Shown here piece after piece: positions 16,765-24,887 of a stretch of 64,000 nt of DNA. The notes below the pieces were generated by a model, which did not search any database, was not told where the DNA came from, and worked only from the letters and a program-made list of their open reading frames with translations. The DNA lies in contig CAZSBG010000002.1 in NCBI GenBank assembly GCA_964605145.1, positions 34,753 to 98,752 on the forward strand, in the 5' to 3' direction. How positions within the stretch are numbered: position 1 is the first letter of the stretch; each line of letters starts with the position of its first letter. Both the position numbers and the translations under genes were made by a program. The stretch comes from an uncultured Cytophagia bacterium. GTDB taxonomy: Bacteria > Zhuqueibacterota > Zhuqueibacteria > Thermofontimicrobiales > Thermofontimicrobiaceae.

Positions 16765-19665
16765 TTACCGTTTAATAGAATTGCTTTTTTGTGTTTGCAG
16801 GAGAGAATCCAAACGAATTTGCGCTTCTTCAAGGTTCGGCTTAAGCTCAAGTGTTTTGCGATACATTTTTTTTGCATCGTTGATGCTGCCCAATATTTCA
16901 TAATTCAGGCCCAAACCAAAATACGCCGGGATATAACTTTCATCAAGTTCAATCGCTTTTTCAAAATTTGTAATGGATTCTTCGTAACTTCCTTTCTGAT
17001 AAAAAATCTTTGCGTTTTCAGCGTATTCGGTTGGTGTGGTTGGTTCCTGAATTAAATAGGGATTGAAATGATCGTCAAGAAATCGTTCCGCGCTCTGGTC
17101 AGATTTATTTTTAATGTAGATAGCCCTGTATAGTTGTAATGCCAGATCATGTTCCCATAGGATTTCGTAGCCGATCGCATTGAAAATGTTCTCTGAATTT
17201 TCGAAATAATTGTCCAGCACAAATTTCACCGCCTGTCGCTGCTTAAAGGTAGAATCGATATTTGTCAGATAGGGATAGACAAACTCCCGGTAACTCTTAA
17301 ATAACTGAATTTTTTGGTACCAGGCCATCGACTCGTCGCTTGTTCTTGAGGTGGAGAATTCGATGACAGGTTTGTTTTCGCGGTTAAGTCGCACCCCGCC
17401 AGTAATCTTTTGAATGACTTCAGGCCCCATGACAAAACAATCCAAAATTTCGTAGATGTTTTCCATTCGAGCGTAGATCAAACTGGAATGAATCTCCGGT
17501 CGTTTTATTCGTGCCATGGTTCGACTGAAATCAATGAGCTGATCCGTGTCAGCAAATCCAAGGAGCACAGCACTCTGACTTCTCCAGTTGTTGTTATACC
17601 AAATTGTGGTGGCAGGAAAGACGGTATGAAACGTGCGCAGCAGTATCTTGAAATCTTCAATGGATATCCCGTTCAAAGGTACCATGCTCGAAAAAATTCC
17701 ATCCGGTGCAAGAGATTTCTTGCAATTTTCAAAATATTCCCGCGTGTATAAATTTCTCGTGCTGGAATATTTTGGATGAATAAATGTGTTGATGATGACG
17801 TCAAATTTTTTATCGGTCAGTGAGAGGTAATTCTTGCCTGAATATGTTATTATTTCAATTAAATTATTCCCAGGAGAATTTGGTTTTAGATCATTGAGCA
17901 GGTTTGATATTTGGACAATTTCCGGATGTGATTCTGTGCAATACACTTTATTCACATCATGCAAAAGAGCAATTTGAGATGATTTCCCGGAACCGAATCC
18001 AACAAGTAAAACTGTATCCGGATTTGGATGAAAAAGTAGCGGAAGTTGAACCTGGATGTCACGTTGGTTGATAAAATCCAGCGATGTGCCGTCGATATAA
18101 ACTCCGTTGGCAGATATGCACAGATTGTTATTGAGCGTGTCCTGATGAACAATGCCGGTCGTCGAGTGGCCTTCCAAAGCAAAAATGATCTTATCGTTAG
18201 GTTTATTCGCATGAAACAATGTGGAAATCATGTTCGATGGAATAAAAAATGAAAAGAAAAACACCAGAATCACAAAAATGAAAAGATAAAATGTTTTCGA
18301 TAACCTGCCAAATTTCAAGGCCGCCAAAAAAAGAATGACCAATCCTACGAGCAAGCTTAACAGAGAATTAATAAGAATGCTTTTTTGAATACCGAGATTT
18401 GGGATAAAAACGAAAATTGCAATTAATAAACCAGCGATCGCTCCAATGGAATTGATGGCAAAAATAACTCCGACTTTGTGACCTCTTCTCTCAAAATTAG
18501 AAATGAGTGTTTTGCCAACCACAGGAAAACTTGCACCGATAAATGACGCGGGTAGGGCAATGACAAGAATCGTATCCAGAAAATAGATCAATATCTGCCA
18601 TGACCAGGCGTTAGCGCCGGTGAATATTTGTGAAAGATTTTTATTCAAGAGTGGTAATTGAGGAAGAATGATGACAGAGAGCATAATGGAAATGCCTGTA
18701 ACGATCTGTATAACACCGAAAACAGGAAATAGGTTTTTCAATGATTTGAAAATGCGGGGAAATAGAATTGCACCAGATGCAATCGCTAAAATAAATACGG
18801 TTAAAATAATCGGAAATGTGTAAAAATTATCTCCCAGAACGAATACAAGACTTCGATACCACAGAACAATTGCTGCAAGCGCTATAAAACCGGATATGCC
18901 AAAGCTAATGCTTATAATGTGGTTGAATTTTTTCGACTGTACCGTCACGACTGGATCAAGGTGTTTTAATTTTTGATTATAGAATTCTGTTTCCACTGAA
19001 ATTGTCGCGCCAATTTTATTTAATAAAATCTGAACGATCCCGGCATTAAACAGGAAAATTAATGCTGCAAATAGCAGACTTTGTTTCAAACCAAAGATGT
19101 AGAGAAAAACAAATGTAGTTAAGAAATACCCAAATGAAACCCCAATTAAATTCAGTCCGTAGAGATTTCCCACTTCCCGACCAACATTGGCTGAGGAACG
19201 AATGAAGAATCGGCTGAGAACAGGGAACGTTCCCCCAATAAAAATAGCAGGGATGATAGAAAAAGAGAACACAAAAACAAATTTGTAAAACGCGAGAATG
19301 AATGAATGTTCTCCAAAATTTTGAAAGACGTATGTATAAACCAAAGATGTAAGCGGATGAATGAAAAAGAATAAAATGGTATAAATGCCAATACCCATTT
19401 CCAGGAATAAAAATTTCCCGATTTCATAATTTGAAGTATCAATTTTTTTGCCAAAATAATATCCACCAATAGCGATGCCGCTGAAAAAACCGGAAATCAC
19501 AATAGCGCTGGTGAATATTGAATCACTGAACGAAATCGATATTAGTCTCGTAAGGGTGATCATCAATATTGATGTTCCGATTCCTGAAAACCAAAAAAGC
19601 AAAAACAATATCTGCTGAACGATGGACCTCCGAAAATATCCTGAATCCCTAATCATATATTTCAT
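16765..19665 (-). CDS. Polytopic membrane protein fused to a spermidine-synthase-like methyltransferase fold and C-terminal TPRs
   Basis: 966 aa. More than 12 hydrophobic helices. Gly-rich SAM-fold motif LLVGFGSGKSS and FDVIINTF. C-terminal TPRs (YFGLGLNYEILGSINDAKKMYRKTLELKPN). Confidence 0.7.
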   Translation of the reverse strand: MKYMIRDSGYFRRSIVQQILFLLFWFSGIGTSILMITLTRLISISFSDSIFTSAIVISGFFSGIAIGGYYFGKKIDTSNYEIGKFLFLEMGIGIYTILFFFIHPLTSLVYTYVFQNFGEHSFILAFYKFVFVFSFSIIPAIFIGGTFPVLSRFFIRSSANVGREVGNLYGLNLIGVSFGYFLTTFVFLYIFGLKQSLLFAALIFLFNAGIVQILLNKIGATISVETEFYNQKLKHLDPVVTVQSKKFNHIISISFGISGFIALAAIVLWYRSLVFVLGDNFYTFPIILTVFILAIASGAILFPRIFKSLKNLFPVFGVIQIVTGISIMLSVIILPQLPLLNKNLSQIFTGANAWSWQILIYFLDTILVIALPASFIGASFPVVGKTLISNFERRGHKVGVIFAINSIGAIAGLLIAIFVFIPNLGIQKSILINSLLSLLVGLVILFLAALKFGRLSKTFYLFIFVILVFFFSFFIPSNMISTLFHANKPNDKIIFALEGHSTTGIVHQDTLNNNLCISANGVYIDGTSLDFINQRDIQVQLPLLFHPNPDTVLLVGFGSGKSSQIALLHDVNKVYCTESHPEIVQISNLLNDLKPNSPGNNLIEIITYSGKNYLSLTDKKFDVIINTFIHPKYSSTRNLYTREYFENCKKSLAPDGIFSSMVPLNGISIEDFKILLRTFHTVFPATTIWYNNNWRSQSAVLLGFADTDQLIDFSRTMARIKRPEIHSSLIYARMENIYEILDCFVMGPEVIQKITGGVRLNRENKPVIEFSTSRTSDESMAWYQKIQLFKSYREFVYPYLTNIDSTFKQRQAVKFVLDNYFENSENIFNAIGYEILWEHDLALQLYRAIYIKNKSDQSAERFLDDHFNPYLIQEPTTPTEYAENAKIFYQKGSYEESITNFEKAIELDESYIPAYFGLGLNYEILGSINDAKKMYRKTLELKPNLEEAQIRLDSLLQTQKSNSIKR

Positions 19666-19914
19666 GTCCTGTGGAATATTTCAAAAATATCGTCTAAATT
19701 AAAATTCAATTATCAATAGATTAAACAGAATTAAGCATAGTCTCTGTCAATGGAAAATCCATTGAAAAATAAAATATACAAAAGTTTCTCAAGAATGCAA
19801 ATAGTATTTTTATCTAAACAAAATTGTAACATGAATTGAATAAAATTTATTTTGCTGTGATATGAATTCAAGCAGGGGGGCATTTGAGCTATCGCAGAGA
19901 GATTTACTCATAAA

Positions 19915-19963
19915 AAAATAGCGATGTTTTAAAAAAGGGCCAGCAAAAAAACATCGCTATTTT
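19915..19963 (-). terminator. Intrinsic terminator-like hairpin downstream of 19987..20541
   Basis: Perfect 16-bp stem (19915-19930 / 19948-19963) with a 17-nt loop, flanked by A/T runs. Confidence 0.6.
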
Positions 19964-19986
19964 AACGGGTATAATTAAGAGTGGGA

Positions 19987-20541
19987 TTACTTCAGAAAAC
20001 ACATTTTTCTAAAATTTTTATAATTAATCTTAATTTGCTTTGTCATATCAAACCAGCCCGGCAAAAGAATAACACCCTGATGCACCTGGGTTTCAGTAAT
20101 TTTCCCGCCAAATGGTGTCCGTTCGTCCAATGGGAACATATCGATGCTTTCGGGAGAATTTTGAGGCGACCAGCGTTTCCCGTCCTGTTCAAAGATCAAC
20201 CATTCTGGGTGAAAATTCACTTCGACGAACGGCATGGTGGATACTGAGAAAACCAGCGGCGTCACCGGCTTGTTAATGATTTGATTGGCGACACTCACTA
20301 TTCGCTTGTCATAGGCGATAAGCATGGTCAAATCCAGTTTTCCCTCGGTGTTTGACCTGATGAAAAGTGGCGTCACCTGGGTTTTTCCAGGAAGCTTTTT
20401 GTAAACACTTGAATCTGTATTTAGATCTAAGACTTTTAAAAATCGTTCTGTCAATTCATTTTTTGGAGCTGAATAGACAGATGAAAAGAAAATAAACGAC
20501 AAACAAGCACACATCATCACAGTCTTTATCATCGACTTCAT
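19987..20541 (-). CDS. Hypothetical exported protein
   Basis: 184 aa. Signal peptide MKSMIKTVMMCACLSFIFFSSVYSA. No recognisable motifs. Confidence 0.6.
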   Translation of the reverse strand: MKSMIKTVMMCACLSFIFFSSVYSAPKNELTERFLKVLDLNTDSSVYKKLPGKTQVTPLFIRSNTEGKLDLTMLIAYDKRIVSVANQIINKPVTPLVFSVSTMPFVEVNFHPEWLIFEQDGKRWSPQNSPESIDMFPLDERTPFGGKITETQVHQGVILLPGWFDMTKQIKINYKNFRKMCFLK

Positions 20542-20940
20542 AGCTTTCCCTTTCGTTAATACTAAAATTAGTATTGTCGTTTCAATTTAAACTCAATTCA
20601 CGATAACGCAATTAATATGCCACAGGATAAGTGATAAGAATAATATTAATAAAAATAAATGGTTAAACTATTAATGCAGCGAAATTATTTTTTGCGAATA
20701 TCTCAAAAAGTTATCCCCCAAAGATACACTGTCTCATCAATAACACAGTATCTTGGGAAACTGGCGCGAAAAAATAGAACGCGTATTTTGTCTAACATCT
20801 TTAATATAAGTATGTTGTAAAAACTAAAAAGTGTTATGGCTCACATTTTCAAAATGTTAAGACAGGGTGTTTAAATTATGTTACACATGTTATGGTGATA
20901 TGACAGAAATGTAGAATGTTGGAACAGGGATGTGAAGATG

Positions 20941-22254
20941 TTACAGAGATTTCGTATCTTTCTCGGCATTTATATCCGGGACTTTCCGAAGAATAATGAG
21001 ACCGACGAGAATAAGGATGCACAGCGCCATAATAGCGGCTTTATATTTAAAAATGTTTCCATAGCTATTAAAAAGACTAACGACACCTGCCCATACCAGC
21101 GGACCAAAAATCGCGGCCAATTTTCCTGAAAGCGAATAAAGCCCAAAGAATTCGCCCAGCATTTCTTTGGGAACCAGTGAAATAAGCAGTGGTCTGGCCG
21201 ATGTCCATGTCGAGCCCATGAAAATGCCAATCATGCCGCCTAATAACCAAAATATCCAGACTTTCATTGTTAAAACAACTGCGGTTAAACAGATAATCCA
21301 GCCGACAAGCACGAACATTAATGTCCGCTTCGGGCCGAAATGGTCTGTCAGAATTCCAAAAATAGCCGATCCGATAATGGCTGACGGAATAATGACAATA
21401 AAGAAATTACTTGTGCTTGCCGATGAAAAGCCCATTACCTTTTGAGTGTATACAGCCATAAAAATAATGACAGTTTGAATCGCATCTTCATAGAAAAATT
21501 TGGCGACCAGGAATCTGGCAACTCCCGGGTATTTTTTGGTGTTTGAAAGACCATCCAACACCTTTTTAAATGACTTTTTTAATTCCAATCGATCGGGCTT
21601 AACCTTATTCTCAATTTTTTCATCTCTGACAAATATAAACATCGGCAACGCAAATAGCAGAAAAAGCAAGGCTGTCGGGATAAACGAAGAGACGCTTCCC
21701 CCTGATTTGAGGAATGGAATGTTCAATCCAAAAAAATTCCCTTCCACAATGGGACGAACCATGAGTAAGCCGAAAATAGACCCTAAATACCCAAGCGCGA
21801 CACCATATCCTGAGACACGTCCAATACTTTTTTCGGAACAGACATAGGGGAGCATTGCATTGTAAAAAACAAGGCCGCCCTGGTATGAATAGTTGGCAAT
21901 AATAAAAAATATGACCGCCCATGTTACTGTCATCATTTTGTCAGAAAAAGCATAACCGGCGACACCGATTCCTGCTGTAAAAATAACGCACATAAGTGTG
22001 TATATGATGAGCAACGGCATTTTACGATGAAAACGATCTGAGATTTCACCCAGAATGGGCAGCGTGAGCGCAACCAGAATCATGGAAAGCGAATTGGCGT
22101 AGCTAACGTAGTGATCTCCCAAAGCCAGGTCCACAACGATCCATGTGGTAAAATACATGGACACGACGTTCATGGAGTACATGGTATTGGCAAAATCGTA
22201 AATGATCCAGGAGAGAGTTACAATCAGTTTCGGGCGTTTTTCAATATCTGGCAT
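20941..22254 (-). CDS. MFS transporter, UMF1/Atg22-like family
   Basis: 437 aa, about 12 TM helices. N-terminal SWIIYDFANTMYSM motif typical of UMF1-family MFS proteins. Confidence 0.8.
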   Translation of the reverse strand: MPDIEKRPKLIVTLSWIIYDFANTMYSMNVVSMYFTTWIVVDLALGDHYVSYANSLSMILVALTLPILGEISDRFHRKMPLLIIYTLMCVIFTAGIGVAGYAFSDKMMTVTWAVIFFIIANYSYQGGLVFYNAMLPYVCSEKSIGRVSGYGVALGYLGSIFGLLMVRPIVEGNFFGLNIPFLKSGGSVSSFIPTALLFLLFALPMFIFVRDEKIENKVKPDRLELKKSFKKVLDGLSNTKKYPGVARFLVAKFFYEDAIQTVIIFMAVYTQKVMGFSSASTSNFFIVIIPSAIIGSAIFGILTDHFGPKRTLMFVLVGWIICLTAVVLTMKVWIFWLLGGMIGIFMGSTWTSARPLLISLVPKEMLGEFFGLYSLSGKLAAIFGPLVWAGVVSLFNSYGNIFKYKAAIMALCILILVGLIILRKVPDINAEKDTKSL

Positions 22255-22291
22255 TGTTTTTATTTGGCAAGAGGGTAATAATTTTTATAAC

Positions 22292-22329
22292 AAAAAAACC
22301 ACATCCTGGTTTCAGCGAAAGATGCGGTT
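22292..22329 (-). terminator. Intrinsic terminator of the mglA operon
   Basis: On the minus strand: AACCGCAUC-15 nt-GAUGUGGUU (9 bp including one G-U), followed by U7. On the plus strand the same stem has an A-C mismatch. Confidence 0.6.
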
Positions 22330-22359
22330 TTCATTGCAAATTGTCCATACATGAAATGA

Positions 22360-22749
22360 CTATTCAGAAATTTTTTTAACCAGGCGAACCAGTTTGTTTG
22401 TCAGACCTCGATACGTTTTTCGTGGGGGGATGATCAATGCAAGCACAACGGATTGTTCGAAAGCATCAAAAAAGCGAAACACTATTTTTCGTTTATTGTG
22501 TCCTTCAATGACTAATTCGCGGATTTCTGAAATTCCTCCCATCACATCCGCCATTTTTTGAATTTCCTGAAATTGAATGGATAGTTCAACGAGACGATCT
22601 TCCGGGACAATAGCCTCACCGTCTGCCTGAGCCAGTGTCAGTCCTTCCTGAGATAACAAAAATGCCATCTCATAGTTACCCGATTCCATGACTTCCTTCA
22701 TGAAGCTTTCAATTTTTTCCTGTGGTGATACTGAATTGTCCATAATCAA
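22360..22749 (-). CDS. Roadblock/LC7-like small protein (second MglB/MglC-like partner)
   Basis: 129 aa. Size and alternating pattern are consistent with the Roadblock/LC7 fold. Lies 10 nt downstream of mglA. Assignment rests on context and weak similarity. Confidence 0.45.
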   Translation of the reverse strand: MIMDNSVSPQEKIESFMKEVMESGNYEMAFLLSQEGLTLAQADGEAIVPEDRLVELSIQFQEIQKMADVMGGISEIRELVIEGHNKRKIVFRFFDAFEQSVVLALIIPPRKTYRGLTNKLVRLVKKISE

Positions 22750-22759
22750 AAATCCTTAA

Positions 22760-23344
22760 TTATGCAGGTTGATGAATTCTGGCAATAACCTGGTTTATGA
22801 TTGATTTCAACGTTTCAAAAACCCCAATTCCTTTTGTGGCAACAGTTTGAAAATGGGGCGCGTTGTAAAAATTCAAACTGCCCTGCAGTGCGTGTAATTT
22901 TTCTCGATTGGGTAAATCCTGTTTGTTATATTGAATCACCCAGGGAAAGGTTTGAATGGTTTGCCCCATTTCGATTAAATTTTGTTCCAAATCTAATAAC
23001 GTGTCTAAATTGTCTTCCATTCGTTCTTTTTGAGAATCAGCGACGAAAACAATCCCGTCTACACCTGAAAGTATCAATTTTCGACTTTGCTTGTAGTACA
23101 CTTGACCAGGAACAGTATACAAGTTGAAAATTGGCTTTTTTCCCTGAATTTTCCCCACTTCAAGTTGCAGAAAATCAAAAAAAAGAGTTCGGTCTTCTTT
23201 TGTATTAAGACTGATTAAATCTCCTCTAAGGGATGGATCTAATTTATTATGGATGTAGCGAAGGTTGGTTGTTTTTCCACTCAGCCCGGGTCCATAATAG
23301 ACTATTTTCAACGTTATTTCTTTACGAGCCCAATTTATGAACAT
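22760..23344 (-). CDS. mglA: Ras-like small GTPase MglA (polarity / motility regulator)
   Basis: 194 aa. Collinear with Myxococcus MglA as I recall it: KIVYYGPGLSGKTTNL (P-loop), DRTLFFDFL, LYTVPGQVYY (switch II), DGIVFVADSQ, QYNKQDLP. Confidence 0.85.
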   Translation of the reverse strand: MFINWARKEITLKIVYYGPGLSGKTTNLRYIHNKLDPSLRGDLISLNTKEDRTLFFDFLQLEVGKIQGKKPIFNLYTVPGQVYYKQSRKLILSGVDGIVFVADSQKERMEDNLDTLLDLEQNLIEMGQTIQTFPWVIQYNKQDLPNREKLHALQGSLNFYNAPHFQTVATKGIGVFETLKSIINQVIARIHQPA

Positions 23345-23398
23345 AAGAACAACAACGATTCGAGGTTGGGAACATGATTAATTTTGAGCTTTCCATGT

Positions 23399-23908
23399 CT
23401 AAAATTTAAAGGCTTTATCCAATTCTTCGTTGAGGTATTTATTGAAATCAACATCTACAAATTGTGATCCTTTTTGCTCATCCTCTTTTGCGGACTCCAA
23501 AAGCTGATGCAAAGCATCGATTGCTCTTTTGGTGAAAATCCGAATCATTCCAAGAGCGGTTTGAGAATCGAAAATGAGAATCAGCAAAAAGTTGTCCCCA
23601 ACATTCGAGAGATACACGTTGTGTTTTTCACCCTCGTGAAAAATAAATTTGAATTGTTGCTTTTCACCAATAATTTTAGCAATTTCAGCCGTCGCTGAAA
23701 AATCGCCTGCGGCCAGTGCAGACATGTTTGATATGTTTATATCGGCGGCATTGCCACGCTGGGTAATGGGATGCCCATTCATATCCGCGAAAATAATGGT
23801 ACGGGCGCGTGTTTTGGTTGCCAATTCGGATAATATCTCTGAAATTGACTTGTACATTTCTCCTGAAAGTACAATTGACTGTCCGTTTCCTCCGTGTTCC
23901 AGGTTCAT
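23399..23908 (-). CDS. mglB: Roadblock/LC7 domain protein, MglB-like GAP candidate
   Basis: 169 aa, immediately upstream of mglA as in the mglBA arrangement. Roadblock-like core (IIFADMNGHPIT...LAAGDFSATAEIAKIIG...FIFHEGEKHNVYLSNV). Confidence 0.55.
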   Translation of the reverse strand: MNLEHGGNGQSIVLSGEMYKSISEILSELATKTRARTIIFADMNGHPITQRGNAADINISNMSALAAGDFSATAEIAKIIGEKQQFKFIFHEGEKHNVYLSNVGDNFLLILIFDSQTALGMIRIFTKRAIDALHQLLESAKEDEQKGSQFVDVDFNKYLNEELDKAFKF

Positions 23909-23951
23909 AGTTGTTGTTCTCCATTTTTTAAAGCGGTTACGCCGGGAATAT

Positions 23952-24680
23952 CTACCTTCCCACTAATAATCTTTCTGCTAAAAATTCCGGTAAACCTGAT
24001 GATAACATTTTATCATAGGTTTTTTTTATATTGTAGCTCACGCGTTTGAGTTGATAAATTTTTGCTTCTGTATCGAAAATTCCAAATGATGAATCCGGAA
24101 TACTGTCCCTCGGTTGTCCCACACTTCCGACATTAATAATGTATCGATGCTCTTCTTCAATTTCGATAACTGTATCTGTTGTGGTGGAATAATTGACATC
24201 CTCATTTTCAATATAGATTACCGGTTGATGCGAATGCCCGATGAAACAGATTTGTTCCTCAAATTTCGAAAAATTGTAAATTGCTTCATCAATCGACAAA
24301 ATATAGTCCCATGAACTGGGGGCATAGGGATTTGAATGAACAAGACGAAAATCGTCAACGGTTTCCTCCAGAGGAAGTGCTGCAAATTCGCGCAAGACTT
24401 CTTCCGGTAATTTATTCACTGTCCATTCGATCGCTTTTTTAGCAAATTGATTGAAATACAAAAGTTCTGACTTTTCAATACATGCAAAGTCGTGATTTCC
24501 CGTAATAATGATCTCGCAATGTTGCTTCACAAGATTAAAACATTCAGTGGGATAAGGTCCGTAGCCGACTATATCACCGAGACAAAAAATTTTATCAATG
24601 CGCTCCTCTTGGATCGTCCTGAGAACGGTTTCCAATGCTTCGAGATTGCTGTGAATGTCAGAAATAATTGCATAACGCAA
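23952..24680 (-). CDS. Metallophosphoesterase (YfcE/MJ0936-like)
   Basis: ISDIHSN, GDIVGYGP, GNHD and GHSH motifs in canonical order. Confidence 0.85.
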   Translation of the reverse strand: MRYAIISDIHSNLEALETVLRTIQEERIDKIFCLGDIVGYGPYPTECFNLVKQHCEIIITGNHDFACIEKSELLYFNQFAKKAIEWTVNKLPEEVLREFAALPLEETVDDFRLVHSNPYAPSSWDYILSIDEAIYNFSKFEEQICFIGHSHQPVIYIENEDVNYSTTTDTVIEIEEEHRYIINVGSVGQPRDSIPDSSFGIFDTEAKIYQLKRVSYNIKKTYDKMLSSGLPEFLAERLLVGR

Positions 24681-24887
24681 TTAGCGACTCCTCTTTCTGA
24701 AATAATAAAAAATTCAATTAAATATAATTGTTAATTTACATTTATGCAAGAATAATTTTACTTTTTTCAAGAAAGTAACTTTCAGATGAATGGAGAATCA
24801 GTTCTGTATTCATCACGAATTTTGATTCTTTCAAAGATTTGTTTTTATTACGAAAGAAATTTCGCTAATTGTCGAAATCCTGGAATT

